Source of the DNA: an uncultured delta proteobacterium
GTDB lineage: Bacteria; Desulfobacterota; WTBG01
Reading direction: 5' to 3'
Assembly (NCBI GenBank): GCA_963793865.1
Contig: CAWCBP010000001.1
Coordinates: 928,001-992,000, forward strand
Length of the DNA: 64,000 nt
Shown here: positions 52,101 to 61,148 of the stretch, piece after piece
How positions within the stretch are numbered: the first letter of the stretch is position 1
How the letters are laid out: every line of letters begins with the position of its first letter
The notes under the pieces: generated by a model
The model's database searches: none
Told to the model about the DNA's origin: nothing
Seen by the model: only the letters and a program-made list of their open reading frames with translations
Program-made: the position numbers and the translations under genes

Positions 52101-53318
52101 TCATCGTTCAAGGGGAAACTGGTCAACGGCAATCTGTGTCGTTAAGACTTCATCATCAGTCATCACCACGAGGGTGATCTCTTCATCGTTGTCCCCCGCA
52201 TACCAGCCCGGCATGACCAGCAGAAAATTCCACATCATAGTTTCGCTTAAAACCGTCTGCCAGCTTGGGATGACTGATGCTGCAGGATAAAACATGACCA
52301 CGGTGCGCTCATTATTAAAATGGGTGCCCTCGCCCTGAATGCTCATCACCTGCGGAAGTATAAACCATCTTGAACGCCAGAGGGTGGCAGGCACAACCCG
52401 GGTAATTTTCTCAAATCGGACCACTACGGGCCATTCTAAAATAATTTTGTTCGCCGTGTCATTCACAACAATGGTATCGGTAACGGGCTGGTCGGTATTA
52501 TTGAACCCCGCGGTGTATCTTCCGTCAGCATCAAGCTGGCTGTTTATGACCGTATTCAGGTCCCATTGATAGACACCAGCCAGACATCCATCTCCGGAGG
52601 TTTCAGCGGTGAACCGGACCGTCTGTCCAGAATAGACTTCGCTGATACGTGGGCTGATCGTAATGGTACAATCCGGCATGGCCGTGGTGGTGGTAGATGT
52701 CGTCACCACGCATGCCTGATGGCAGTTGACGCAATCGGTTTCTCTGACGGCGTCATGGTTGTTGACCAGATTACAGGTTCCGGGGCTTCCCGTGGGATGG
52801 CACAGAGCGGTACACGAGGCAGCGTCAACATTTCCGGCGCGTCCCACCCCGCCGCTGTGACACAGTGCGCAATCGTTGTGTTCCGGCTGTGCATGTAAAG
52901 AGCCCGCCGCATGACATTTCTTGCACATGCTGTCATGCATGGTTTGCACCGGTATGGTGGTTACCGATGTGCACTCACTGTGGCATGAAGCACATTGATG
53001 ACTGACTACTTCAGTGCATTTATCATGGCAGGTTGTGCAGCAAAATGTTTCTACTGGACCATAACCTTCAACGTTTCGACAGGGTGATGTTTCTGGATCA
53101 CCGCAATGGCACAGCAAGCATTCAGCAGGATTATCTGTAAGGCCAACCTGCACAAAATGGAAACTATGTATAACGCTACGCGTATGGCATTGAAAACAGT
53201 TTTGAACTGCAGGCGGAGCTACGCATTCAAAGGCGTTTAAACTTTTCAATGCATCTATCCAGAAAAAACATGATAGCAAAAATAGCGCAATAAACATTAT
53301 TTTTTTGATCATATGCAC
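52101..53318 (-). CDS. secreted multiheme cytochrome c (7 CxxCH plus 1 CxxxCH) with Thr linker and Ig-like/beta-rich C-terminal domains
   Basis: Signal peptide; CFQCH, CLLCH, CTTCH, CASCH, CKKCH, CALCH, CTALCH, CVNCH; TITISP..V.SGQTVRFTA Ig-like start; ATG 53312 is an alternative start. Confidence 0.85.
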   Translation of the reverse strand: MHMIKKIMFIALFLLSCFFWIDALKSLNAFECVAPPAVQNCFQCHTRSVIHSFHFVQVGLTDNPAECLLCHCGDPETSPCRNVEGYGPVETFCCTTCHDKCTEVVSHQCASCHSECTSVTTIPVQTMHDSMCKKCHAAGSLHAQPEHNDCALCHSGGVGRAGNVDAASCTALCHPTGSPGTCNLVNNHDAVRETDCVNCHQACVVTTSTTTTAMPDCTITISPRISEVYSGQTVRFTAETSGDGCLAGVYQWDLNTVINSQLDADGRYTAGFNNTDQPVTDTIVVNDTANKIILEWPVVVRFEKITRVVPATLWRSRWFILPQVMSIQGEGTHFNNERTVVMFYPAASVIPSWQTVLSETMMWNFLLVMPGWYAGDNDEEITLVVMTDDEVLTTQIAVDQFPLER

Positions 53319-53506
53319 CTCACCTCATACATGAAATAAAGGACTAGTTAAGCAATCTGCATTCTGGTTCTAATTCTTTCAAATGATGCCGACAAACAAT
53401 CTTCAAGGTGGATTGTACGGGCGACCCTTTTAGGAACGGCATTAAAATAAATACTACTTTTTTTTTGAGGGAAAATCAAGGAAGGAAAGAAAACAAACTA
53501 TATTTC

Positions 53507-53535
53507 TTGACATGAGCCGGTAAAATTACTAAAAG
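53507..53535 (+). promoter_or_regulatory. putative tRNA promoter
   Basis: TTGACA, 17 nt spacer, TAAAAG, ending 14 nt before the tRNA. Confidence 0.55.
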
Positions 53536-53549
53536 AGAAAGGGATTCAA

Positions 53550-53624
53550 GCCGGCGTAGCTCAGTGGTAGAGCAGCTGATTCGTAATCAGCAGGTCGTCA
53601 GTTCAATCCTGACCGCCGGCTCCA
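53550..53624 (+). tRNA. tRNA-Thr(CGT)
   Basis: GCCGGCG acceptor stem, D arm TAGCTCAGTGGTAGAGC, anticodon arm GCTGA-TTCGTAA-TCAGC, T loop GTTCAATC, encoded CCA. Confidence 0.97.
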
Positions 53625-53957
53625 ATTAAAGTCTTCACAAATCAGCCAATTGGATGTGTCTGCTTGATTGAAACCCGGCCTGCCGTATTCCGCCTGAGGT
53701 AAAAGGCGGCCAGGTTAAAATATTTTCTTGCAATACTTCAAAACCTATGTTACATATATCACACCTCAGCAATGAGGTAGTGAAAGGTCGATAACAAATT
53801 TGGCCCCCTCCTTTTTGGTTATCGGCCTTCTCTCTTTTTAAGGCCTGCATTAATGCATCAATTGCACATATCAGGCAATTGATGTACCTGACCGACTCAC
53901 TCATTGCATAAAGAGTTGCCGCCCCGAACCGGATTCAGACAGCCACGAAAATACCTG

Positions 53958-54131
53958 TCAGAATAGCCAATGATGGAGCATCTGACAGCATTTGTAGATG
54001 CCATACCAGAAGAGAAGACAAAGCGGCACAATGAGCAACCTGACCAGCTTAATCAAGCATTCTTCGCTGATAATTCTTCTCTCGTGATACCGGTGCAACT
54101 CAATTCTTTTAACAGCGGGTTGATAGCTCAT
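53958..54131 (-). CDS. small (57 aa) putative membrane protein, not in the ORF track
   Basis: MSYQPAVKRIELHRYHERRIISEECLIKLVRLLIVPLCLLFWYGIYKCCQMLHHWLF*; GGAGGAG RBS 9 nt upstream; minus-strand TTGACA-16-TACCGT at 54282-54255. Confidence 0.55.
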   Translation of the reverse strand: MSYQPAVKRIELHRYHERRIISEECLIKLVRLLIVPLCLLFWYGIYKCCQMLHHWLF

Positions 54132-54393
54132 GTTTTATCACTCCTCCGTGCACTTACATCACCAGGCTCCTCCACAGCCGCATGACTGCAGCCAATGCGA
54201 CAAAGCACACCAATATATTGGATAGACAAACATGCATAACCCCATATATTGATTACGGTAGCAGAAATAAATTTCTTGTCAAGGCAGTATTTACCTTTCC
54301 TGAAGTTATTCGTTTTGCGTCGGCCGCCGTGTCTTATATTCTTCCGTGACGCAAACATCGGTTTTCTCAGGGAATTGCGAGCGAGGAACGGGT

Positions 54394-55188
54394 ATGAAAT
54401 ATGGGGCAATGAATCTTCCCACAAAACCTTTTACCGAGGAACTTGAAGCGCTGGGCAGGCTGGGATTTGATTATATTGAATTAACCATGGACGCCCCCGA
54501 AAGCACCCCCGAAAAAATCCTCAAGAACAAAGACACCATCAAAGAACTGCTTCAGTCCTACAATTTAGGTCTGATTGCCCATTTACCCACCTTCATAAGC
54601 ATAGCCGACCTTTATGAAAGCATCAGAAAAGCCTCGATTGAGGAAAACATTAAAGCCCTCGAGGCCGGAGTTGCCCTGGGGGTAAAAAAGTTTGTTTTGC
54701 ATCCGGGAACCATTCGCGGCCTGGCTAAACAGGTTAAAGCTCAGGCGCATAAATATGCCGATAAGAGCCTGATGACCATACTGAGCAGGGCCAGGGAATT
54801 GCAGGTCAGCATTTGCATTGAAAACATGTTTCCTGAAACGCACGGGCCAACAGAGGCTGCTGATTTCGAAAATATTTTTCAGAAATACCATGATCTTAAA
54901 TTAACCCTTGATATCGCCCACGCCCATATAGGGACCAGCAGGAACAGGTCATCCCAATTTATCGAGCGATATCCGGACAAGCTTTCACACATTCATGTCA
55001 GTGATAACTACGGCAGGGAGGATAATCATCTGCCGATAGGTGCCGGCATGATATATTTCGGAAGGATTTTTAAGGAGCTTAAAATGATCGGTTATGACGA
55101 AACCATGACCATTGAGGTGTTTTCCCGCGATCGGGACTACTTGAAGATAAGCAGGGACAAGGTGGCTCAGATGTGGCGTTCGGCATAG
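54394..55188 (+). CDS. sugar phosphate isomerase/epimerase (xylose isomerase-like TIM barrel)
   Basis: GFDYIEL, CIENM, TLDIAHA, HIHVSDN..DNHLPIG, TIEVF. Confidence 0.88.
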   Translation: MKYGAMNLPTKPFTEELEALGRLGFDYIELTMDAPESTPEKILKNKDTIKELLQSYNLGLIAHLPTFISIADLYESIRKASIEENIKALEAGVALGVKKFVLHPGTIRGLAKQVKAQAHKYADKSLMTILSRARELQVSICIENMFPETHGPTEAADFENIFQKYHDLKLTLDIAHAHIGTSRNRSSQFIERYPDKLSHIHVSDNYGREDNHLPIGAGMIYFGRIFKELKMIGYDETMTIEVFSRDRDYLKISRDKVAQMWRSA

Positions 55189-55198
55189 CGGCTCTTGA

Positions 55199-56356
55199 TC
55201 AGACACGCTCATACGGCTCGAACAGCTTCTTATACTCATCAAGCGCGTAGCGATCGGTCATGCCGGCAATGTAATCACAGATTACCCTCTCGCACTCCCC
55301 TTCTCGCACCCGTTCGCGATATTTCGCGGGCAGCAGGGTGGGATGAATGAGGTATGTTTCAAACAATACCGTGACATACCGCTCCGCCTTTATTCTCATT
55401 CTCTCAACCTTGTAATGGCGGTAGACGTGTTCATCCAAGAATTCCTTGAGCATTCTTGACTCTTTCTCGACCTCCGGAGAGTAGGCTATCATAGCCGCAT
55501 GAGCCGATCTGACATCCTCCGGCGTGCCGACACGATAGCGCCGTATCAGACCTTCAGAACAGGTTACAACATCATTGATAAGATAGCCGATAAGCGTGCT
55601 TATGGTCTGATGCTTCTTCTTCTGTTCTGAAATTGAAGGATATTTTTTTTCCACCCGCTCGATCATTTCGCGGCAGAGATCAACCGTCCTCAGCCGATCA
55701 AAAGTAATAAAACCGGCCTCCAGCGCGTCATCTATGTCATGGTTATTGTAGGCAATCTCATCGGCAATGTTGATAATCTGTGCCTCGAGGGTCGGAACCG
55801 TACCGGGGGAAAAATCAACGCAGCAATCAGGCGGAGGATTATCGCACCCGGTGCTGTGTTTCACAAGCCCTTCGCGCGTCTCCCAGGTTAAATTCAGCCC
55901 CGGAAAGCCCGGATACTTGTCTTCCAGCACCTCGACCACCCTTAAGCTCTGCAGGTTGTGTTCAAATCCGCCTTTGCCTTCCATCACCCGGTCGAGCGCC
56001 CGCTCACCGGAATGGCCGAATGGTGTGTGGCCGAGGTCATGTGCCAGAGCTATGGATTCCGTCAGATCTTCATTGAGCCCTAATCTCCTCGCTATCCCCT
56101 TGGCAATTTGGGCTACTTCCAGCGAATGGGTCAGGCGGGTTCTATAATAATCCCCTTCGTGATTGACAAAAACCTGCGTCTTGTACTCAAGCCTCCTGAA
56201 GGCAGAGCAATGTATAATGCGGTCGCGATCCCGTTCAAAAGCAGGGCGTTCATCCTTGAAGTCTTCGCTGTATTTTCGCCCGCGGGTTTCGGCGCTTTTC
56301 GCTGCATAAGGGGCCAAATCAGTTCTTTCTCTCGAGTTCATGGCCTGCGACCGCAT
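55199..56356 (-). CDS. dgt: deoxyguanosinetriphosphate triphosphohydrolase
   Basis: RDRDRIIH, FRRLEYKTQV, RTRLTHSLEV, HDLGHTPFGH, DYIAGMTD. Confidence 0.95.
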   Translation of the reverse strand: MRSQAMNSRERTDLAPYAAKSAETRGRKYSEDFKDERPAFERDRDRIIHCSAFRRLEYKTQVFVNHEGDYYRTRLTHSLEVAQIAKGIARRLGLNEDLTESIALAHDLGHTPFGHSGERALDRVMEGKGGFEHNLQSLRVVEVLEDKYPGFPGLNLTWETREGLVKHSTGCDNPPPDCCVDFSPGTVPTLEAQIINIADEIAYNNHDIDDALEAGFITFDRLRTVDLCREMIERVEKKYPSISEQKKKHQTISTLIGYLINDVVTCSEGLIRRYRVGTPEDVRSAHAAMIAYSPEVEKESRMLKEFLDEHVYRHYKVERMRIKAERYVTVLFETYLIHPTLLPAKYRERVREGECERVICDYIAGMTDRYALDEYKKLFEPYERV

Positions 56357-56634
56357 CCTCAATCAATCCGCTTCGTATCCGTCTGAGCCCTGTTCCAAGC
56401 GTGTCACGGTTTGTTTTAACACCGCCCCTGACGCTTCAAGATCTATGGTGCGGAGTGGAGTAAATCATTACACCGCTTCAAAATCAAGCATTTTGTTTCA
56501 GGTGCATGCAAAGCCGCATGGCACACGCCCCGCCATAAAAAACACCCTGCGATAATTCAACCGGGCGTTTGCGCTCACATGTTGATGATGAAAAGCACTG
56601 TGCTTCTGATAGAAAGGGGAATACCGGTGACAGC

Positions 56635-57732
56635 CTACTGCAGGGTATAGGTGCGTGATTGAGAACGATAAGAAAAAGTCATCCCCTGGCTCTTGTATAT
56701 CTCCCCGGTTGTCAGCAGACCTGATTCCACCAGGGTCTCCAGTCTGTCAGGATAGCTCCCCTGCTCCCAAAAATACACCTGCAACGCGTTTCTGATCTTA
56801 ACCGACTTGCCCGGCTGCAGGCTTTCAGACGTCAGATTAATCAGGGCATTGGGTGACATCTGCCGGAATGCAGTTTTTAAATCCGGCGGCGCCATGCTGA
56901 AAAGACCTATGGCAATCAATGCCAGCGCTGCGTACCACCCTGCCGCAAAAATCCGCCTGCCCAACAGCTGCTGCCATGAACGGGCAGTGCCTGCCGCCAG
57001 ATTTTCCTTTGCCACCAGTTCGATCAGTTCCTTGTCGAGAAGCGCCCTGAGCGCCTGCGCAGTGGCAAAATTGCCCAGCAAGGATCTATCCGTCAGTGCT
57101 GAGACACTCAGGCAACCATCCAGAAGGTTAAAGACGATTTTCTGATCCTGGGTCATGGCGGCTTCCGCATCCTCAGCGGCAGTTCCGCCGGCATCACGAT
57201 CCGTTTTTTTAAACACCGCATTTAGCGACGAAATGCTTTTGAGCAGGAGGGGCCATTCATCCATCATGCGCAGCACATCCAGAATGATGTGCTCCAACCC
57301 CAGCGGCGTAAATACCCGTTCATTAAAGTTTACCGGTGCCGGCTGAAACACGTAACTTCCATCCTTCCACTGAAACAGCTCCGAGAAGGTGTCATAGATC
57401 TGGTTGTGGACTATGCGGTCCAGGGTTTCTCTGCTCATGATATTCATTTCAACCAGCACTTCGCCGATATGCTGGCGATTTTTCCGCTGAATGCTGAGCG
57501 CCCGCTGAAGCTGCCCCTCGCTGACAAGGCCGGATCGGAGCAATCTCTCTCCCAGCAACTCTTTATCATCCTTGGCCACCGGATGAGCGCTGACGATCAT
57601 TCCGTTCCAAAAAAGCACCTCGATGCTCTCAGTTCCTCGCTGAACCAGCAGCACACCGGTCTTCTGCTGCTGGCTGATGAGCTGCAGTATATCCGCCACA
57701 CCGAAATCAACTATTTTACCCTCTAAGGCCAC
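56635..57732 (-). CDS. DUF4388 (PATAN-like) domain membrane protein
   Basis: MALEGKIVDFGVADILQLISQQQKTGVL; MshEN-like LGERLLRSGLVSEGQLQRAL..Q..HIGEVLVEM; one TM helix; pilin-like YPDRLETLV tail. Confidence 0.8.
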   Translation of the reverse strand: MALEGKIVDFGVADILQLISQQQKTGVLLVQRGTESIEVLFWNGMIVSAHPVAKDDKELLGERLLRSGLVSEGQLQRALSIQRKNRQHIGEVLVEMNIMSRETLDRIVHNQIYDTFSELFQWKDGSYVFQPAPVNFNERVFTPLGLEHIILDVLRMMDEWPLLLKSISSLNAVFKKTDRDAGGTAAEDAEAAMTQDQKIVFNLLDGCLSVSALTDRSLLGNFATAQALRALLDKELIELVAKENLAAGTARSWQQLLGRRIFAAGWYAALALIAIGLFSMAPPDLKTAFRQMSPNALINLTSESLQPGKSVKIRNALQVYFWEQGSYPDRLETLVESGLLTTGEIYKSQGMTFSYRSQSRTYTLQ

Positions 57733-57760
57733 AACGGTACTCCTTTCGACCTTTCACCCG

Positions 57761-59671
57761 CTACTCCTTGATCTGAAGCTCCCGACGGGTAACGCGAATC
57801 AATGAAATAAACTGAAACAGTTTCATGGAAGAAAAATTAAAATGACCCAAGGAGTAGAGATAGAGAATGCACAGCGGAATGGCGATTAAAAGCAGGTCCA
57901 GATATGCAGACCCGCCCATGAGCTGCCAGGGGTTGACCGCCAGCCTGTTCCAGAGCAACAGTTTGGAAATCAAAACAAGGAAAAGGAAAAGAACCGCAGT
58001 GCCCCTGAAGGGATGATCAAAAAGAAGATGTCCGGAACCCGGCATCAGGAGCGACAAAAGCTTGCCGACAAAAATCTTACGGCCCTGATATCTCTCAATG
58101 GAAGCCACCTGAGACTCTTTCTTCGAGATACTGATCATTATATCACTGGCATTCTTGAAAATGCCCGCGCATTGCTTGCAGAGCTTGTACTCGGCTAGCA
58201 GTCGCTTGCATTTCCGGCATACCGCACAACCACAATATTCACATGCCATTGAGCGGTTTTGACTGTGACGGTCGGCAAACAGCAAAAGGACAAACAACAG
58301 GAATACCAGAAAGGTTCCGTATCGGTATTTATATGAAATGCCTGAAAAAAAACCGTCCCAAAGACGCGCACCAAAGCGGTCCTTTTCCTTTGAGGCGGTA
58401 AATGTCTTCTGCCAGAGTTCCCCCGTGGTAATTGTCTGGTCCACTACCTGCCGGTTCATGTGTGTCGAATATATATTTAAAAAGGAGTCAACGCGGCCAG
58501 CGTTAAGCTGCTTGGCCTTGTTAAAGCTTTTTGTACTTTCAGCGAACATATACTCTAGCAGCTGTACGCGGCTGAGATTATAATAGCCTTCCACGCTGTC
58601 AGGACAGAGCTCAAGAGCGCGTCCGTAATTGGAAATTGCGGCATCAAGCTTTTTCTCAGCCACATACGCGTTGCCCAGGTTGCACCAGGCCCTGCAGTTG
58701 AAAGGCTCCTGCTCCAGAAGGGCGGCATATAACCGCTGAGCCTCTTTGATGCGCCCTTCCCGCTTATTGAGCAGGGCCAGCGCAAACAGGGCATCCGCAT
58801 CGTATGGTTGCTCTTGCACCTGTTGTGCCAGCATCCGCGCCGTTTCTTCTCCCCAGTTTTCCTGATTGACCTGGCTGGTATAATATTCTGTTCCCGAGGA
58901 TTGGGCCACCATGAGCTGCGCAAGGGTCTGCATGATGATGGGGGACAGTAAAAAAAATACGGCAAAAATGATGATCAGTTGCTGTTCCCGGCGGTTATGA
59001 TACAGGAAGAGCAATAACAGCCAATAAAACGAGGCCAGAAATATGCTCCATTGTAAAAAAAGAGGAAGCAAAAAAATAAGCACGGCGCAGCAAACGGTAA
59101 AGTGCCTCGGCAGTAAAACAGGCAGCAGATGACCCAGGTCATGGGCGAACAGCTTGCAATACTTATAAATTGATATCAGGGAATAAACCGCGATAGTCAG
59201 CAGCAGGGCATATATAACCACGAACAGCATCCGGGTAAGCGGAACGGCGGCTGGAACATAATTGGTAACGGTTGCATAAAGGTATCCATAGAGTCCTTCG
59301 AACAGCGTATCAAGTTTAAATTTGTTTTCCGTCCAGCAAACCGCTGCCAGGTTTATGTGTGCGGGTGGGTAATCAGGCGCAATTTTAACGGCATATTCAG
59401 CATATGCCCGCGCTGTTTCGCCATTCCCATCCCGCAGAAAACGTTTGCTGGCCCTGATGAGAAAGCAGGAGGCAACCGACAAATTCGCTGCGCCGCGATC
59501 AAGCTTAAACTGGTAGAGACGCTCAAGGTCATCCCGGCTGAGCGGCGTCTTCTGTGACAGAATGGCATCAACCGTGGTAGAGGCGTGAACGAGCGGCGAC
59601 ACTGTGCACAAAATCAATGCTACCCAGAGCATCGCAGCTGCTCTTATCATATGAGGCACGCCGCTGGTCAC
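57761..59671 (-). CDS. TPR-containing integral membrane protein with a Cys cluster
   Basis: Signal/TM segments, TPRs (AWCNLGNAY, GYYNLS), CEYCG..CRKC..CKQC, LLMPGSGHL. Confidence 0.75.
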   Translation of the reverse strand: MTSGVPHMIRAAAMLWVALILCTVSPLVHASTTVDAILSQKTPLSRDDLERLYQFKLDRGAANLSVASCFLIRASKRFLRDGNGETARAYAEYAVKIAPDYPPAHINLAAVCWTENKFKLDTLFEGLYGYLYATVTNYVPAAVPLTRMLFVVIYALLLTIAVYSLISIYKYCKLFAHDLGHLLPVLLPRHFTVCCAVLIFLLPLFLQWSIFLASFYWLLLLFLYHNRREQQLIIIFAVFFLLSPIIMQTLAQLMVAQSSGTEYYTSQVNQENWGEETARMLAQQVQEQPYDADALFALALLNKREGRIKEAQRLYAALLEQEPFNCRAWCNLGNAYVAEKKLDAAISNYGRALELCPDSVEGYYNLSRVQLLEYMFAESTKSFNKAKQLNAGRVDSFLNIYSTHMNRQVVDQTITTGELWQKTFTASKEKDRFGARLWDGFFSGISYKYRYGTFLVFLLFVLLLFADRHSQNRSMACEYCGCAVCRKCKRLLAEYKLCKQCAGIFKNASDIMISISKKESQVASIERYQGRKIFVGKLLSLLMPGSGHLLFDHPFRGTAVLFLFLVLISKLLLWNRLAVNPWQLMGGSAYLDLLLIAIPLCILYLYSLGHFNFSSMKLFQFISLIRVTRRELQIKE

Positions 59672-59736
59672 GTGTTTTATCTCTCCGGTTCTGAGGATCA
59701 GGTCTGCCTGCGGCAGCAGTGGTCAATCACAGAACT

Positions 59737-61062
59737 CTAGATGCGATGATTATTCGCAATATTGTTAATGCTGATGGTCAACTCCACCTTCAGCGGTGTA
59801 TTGTTTCCCTTGAGCTTCATAACCATTGGAATGGTAACAGCATGATCAGATGCCTTGCGCGGCTGGTCGCAGGAGACTATTTCCAGCCCCTGCGCACCAT
59901 TCCCGTCATCGGGAGCGTTGTTCACCGGCAGATCGGCAGGCACTCTCAGCAGATTCGCGGCGGCGACAGGCTTCAGCAGCACAGGGCCCGTCGTGCCGGC
60001 AGCGGTTTTGATGACGGTCATCTGCTCCTCGGATACGAGATTTACCCTGCAGATGGGGCATTGTTTAACATTGGGCTTGAATTTTAATGAGCACCTCGGG
60101 CAGGTCCGCTTCCCGTCCTCGATGGTAACTTCATTGGGTTGGGATATCTCTCCCGGAGCCGGCACATGGCCTTCCTGCTCTTCTGCTCCCGCGTCCTCCG
60201 TGGTGCATGTACCTCCGGCTGCTGCTGCAGCCGGCTGGCCTTTCAATGGATCGGGCGCCGCATGCCCTGCCTGAACCGCGCTCCCATCCATCTTTGCGGT
60301 GGCCCCGATTGCGTCAGCACCTGTCTGTTCCCCAGTCTGTGATAAGGGCTTATCATTCAGGGTATCGCCTGCAGGAGCAGCATCATCAGCCAGGGTCAAC
60401 TGCGGCAGCTCCGCTCCGGTCTGGCCTCGGCCGGGCGCCGTGTCTGCGGCAGCTCTGCTGACCGGCCTCTCCGATTTAGATTTGTTCTGCATTTGATTAA
60501 GAACCAGCTTACAGCACATGGTCAGGGTTTCCATCACTCCTTTGCCGCTCAGGGCACATGCTTCAAAAAACGGGGCCCGCATGCTGTTAAGCTGTTCGTT
60601 CATGACAGTGATCGGAACCAGGTCAGGCAGGTCCCGCTTATTATACTGAATAACCAGCGGAATGGATTCGAGGGTCTTGTTGTAATATTTTAAATTGTCC
60701 CTCAGATCGTTGAGGCTTTCAATGTTCTCTTTCATCATGCCGTTTTGTGAGTCGGCCACAAATATCACCCCGTCAACCCCGGTTAAAACCGCCTTTCTGG
60801 TAAGGGTGTAGAACACCTGTCCGGGAACGGTATAAATATGGAACCTGGTTTTAAAGCCCCTGATGTTTTCCAGCTGAATGGGCAGAAAATCAAAGAAAAG
60901 GGTTCTGTCGTCTTTGGTCGCAAGGGAGATCAATTCACCCCGTTGCTGGGGATTTAAATTGAGGTGAACGGACTTAAGGTTGGTGGTTTTTCCGCACAGT
61001 GCGGGACCATAATACACCACCTTGATATCGATCTCTTTTTTTTGTGGATTAAACACTACCAT
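59737..61062 (-). CDS. MglA-family small GTPase with long C-terminal extension and zinc ribbon
   Basis: KVVYYGPALCGKTTN, DRTLFFD, YTVPGQ, FVADS, NKRD; extension containing CPRC..CPIC. Confidence 0.9.
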   Translation of the reverse strand: MVVFNPQKKEIDIKVVYYGPALCGKTTNLKSVHLNLNPQQRGELISLATKDDRTLFFDFLPIQLENIRGFKTRFHIYTVPGQVFYTLTRKAVLTGVDGVIFVADSQNGMMKENIESLNDLRDNLKYYNKTLESIPLVIQYNKRDLPDLVPITVMNEQLNSMRAPFFEACALSGKGVMETLTMCCKLVLNQMQNKSKSERPVSRAAADTAPGRGQTGAELPQLTLADDAAPAGDTLNDKPLSQTGEQTGADAIGATAKMDGSAVQAGHAAPDPLKGQPAAAAAGGTCTTEDAGAEEQEGHVPAPGEISQPNEVTIEDGKRTCPRCSLKFKPNVKQCPICRVNLVSEEQMTVIKTAAGTTGPVLLKPVAAANLLRVPADLPVNNAPDDGNGAQGLEIVSCDQPRKASDHAVTIPMVMKLKGNNTPLKVELTISINNIANNHRI

Positions 61063-61148
61063 AGGATGTCCCGCCTTTTTGCTGTTAACGAGCGTACATG
61101 GTCAGCCGGACTGCTGAAACCTTTTTGCGCGACAGATGCCGGTAAAGG

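Noticed and set aside
53635..53904. 89-aa minus-strand ORF with two CxxC motifs downstream of tRNA-Thr
   Set aside because: No RBS, overlaps hairpin-like sequence after the tRNA and composition is not convincingly protein-like; cannot be supported without homology
53550..54400. Possible genomic island integrated at tRNA-Thr
   Set aside because: No integrase and no repeat of the tRNA 3' end noticed in the window
56519..56535. sigma54-like TGGCAC site
   Set aside because: The -12 element is CCGC rather than TTGC and there is no plus-strand gene downstream
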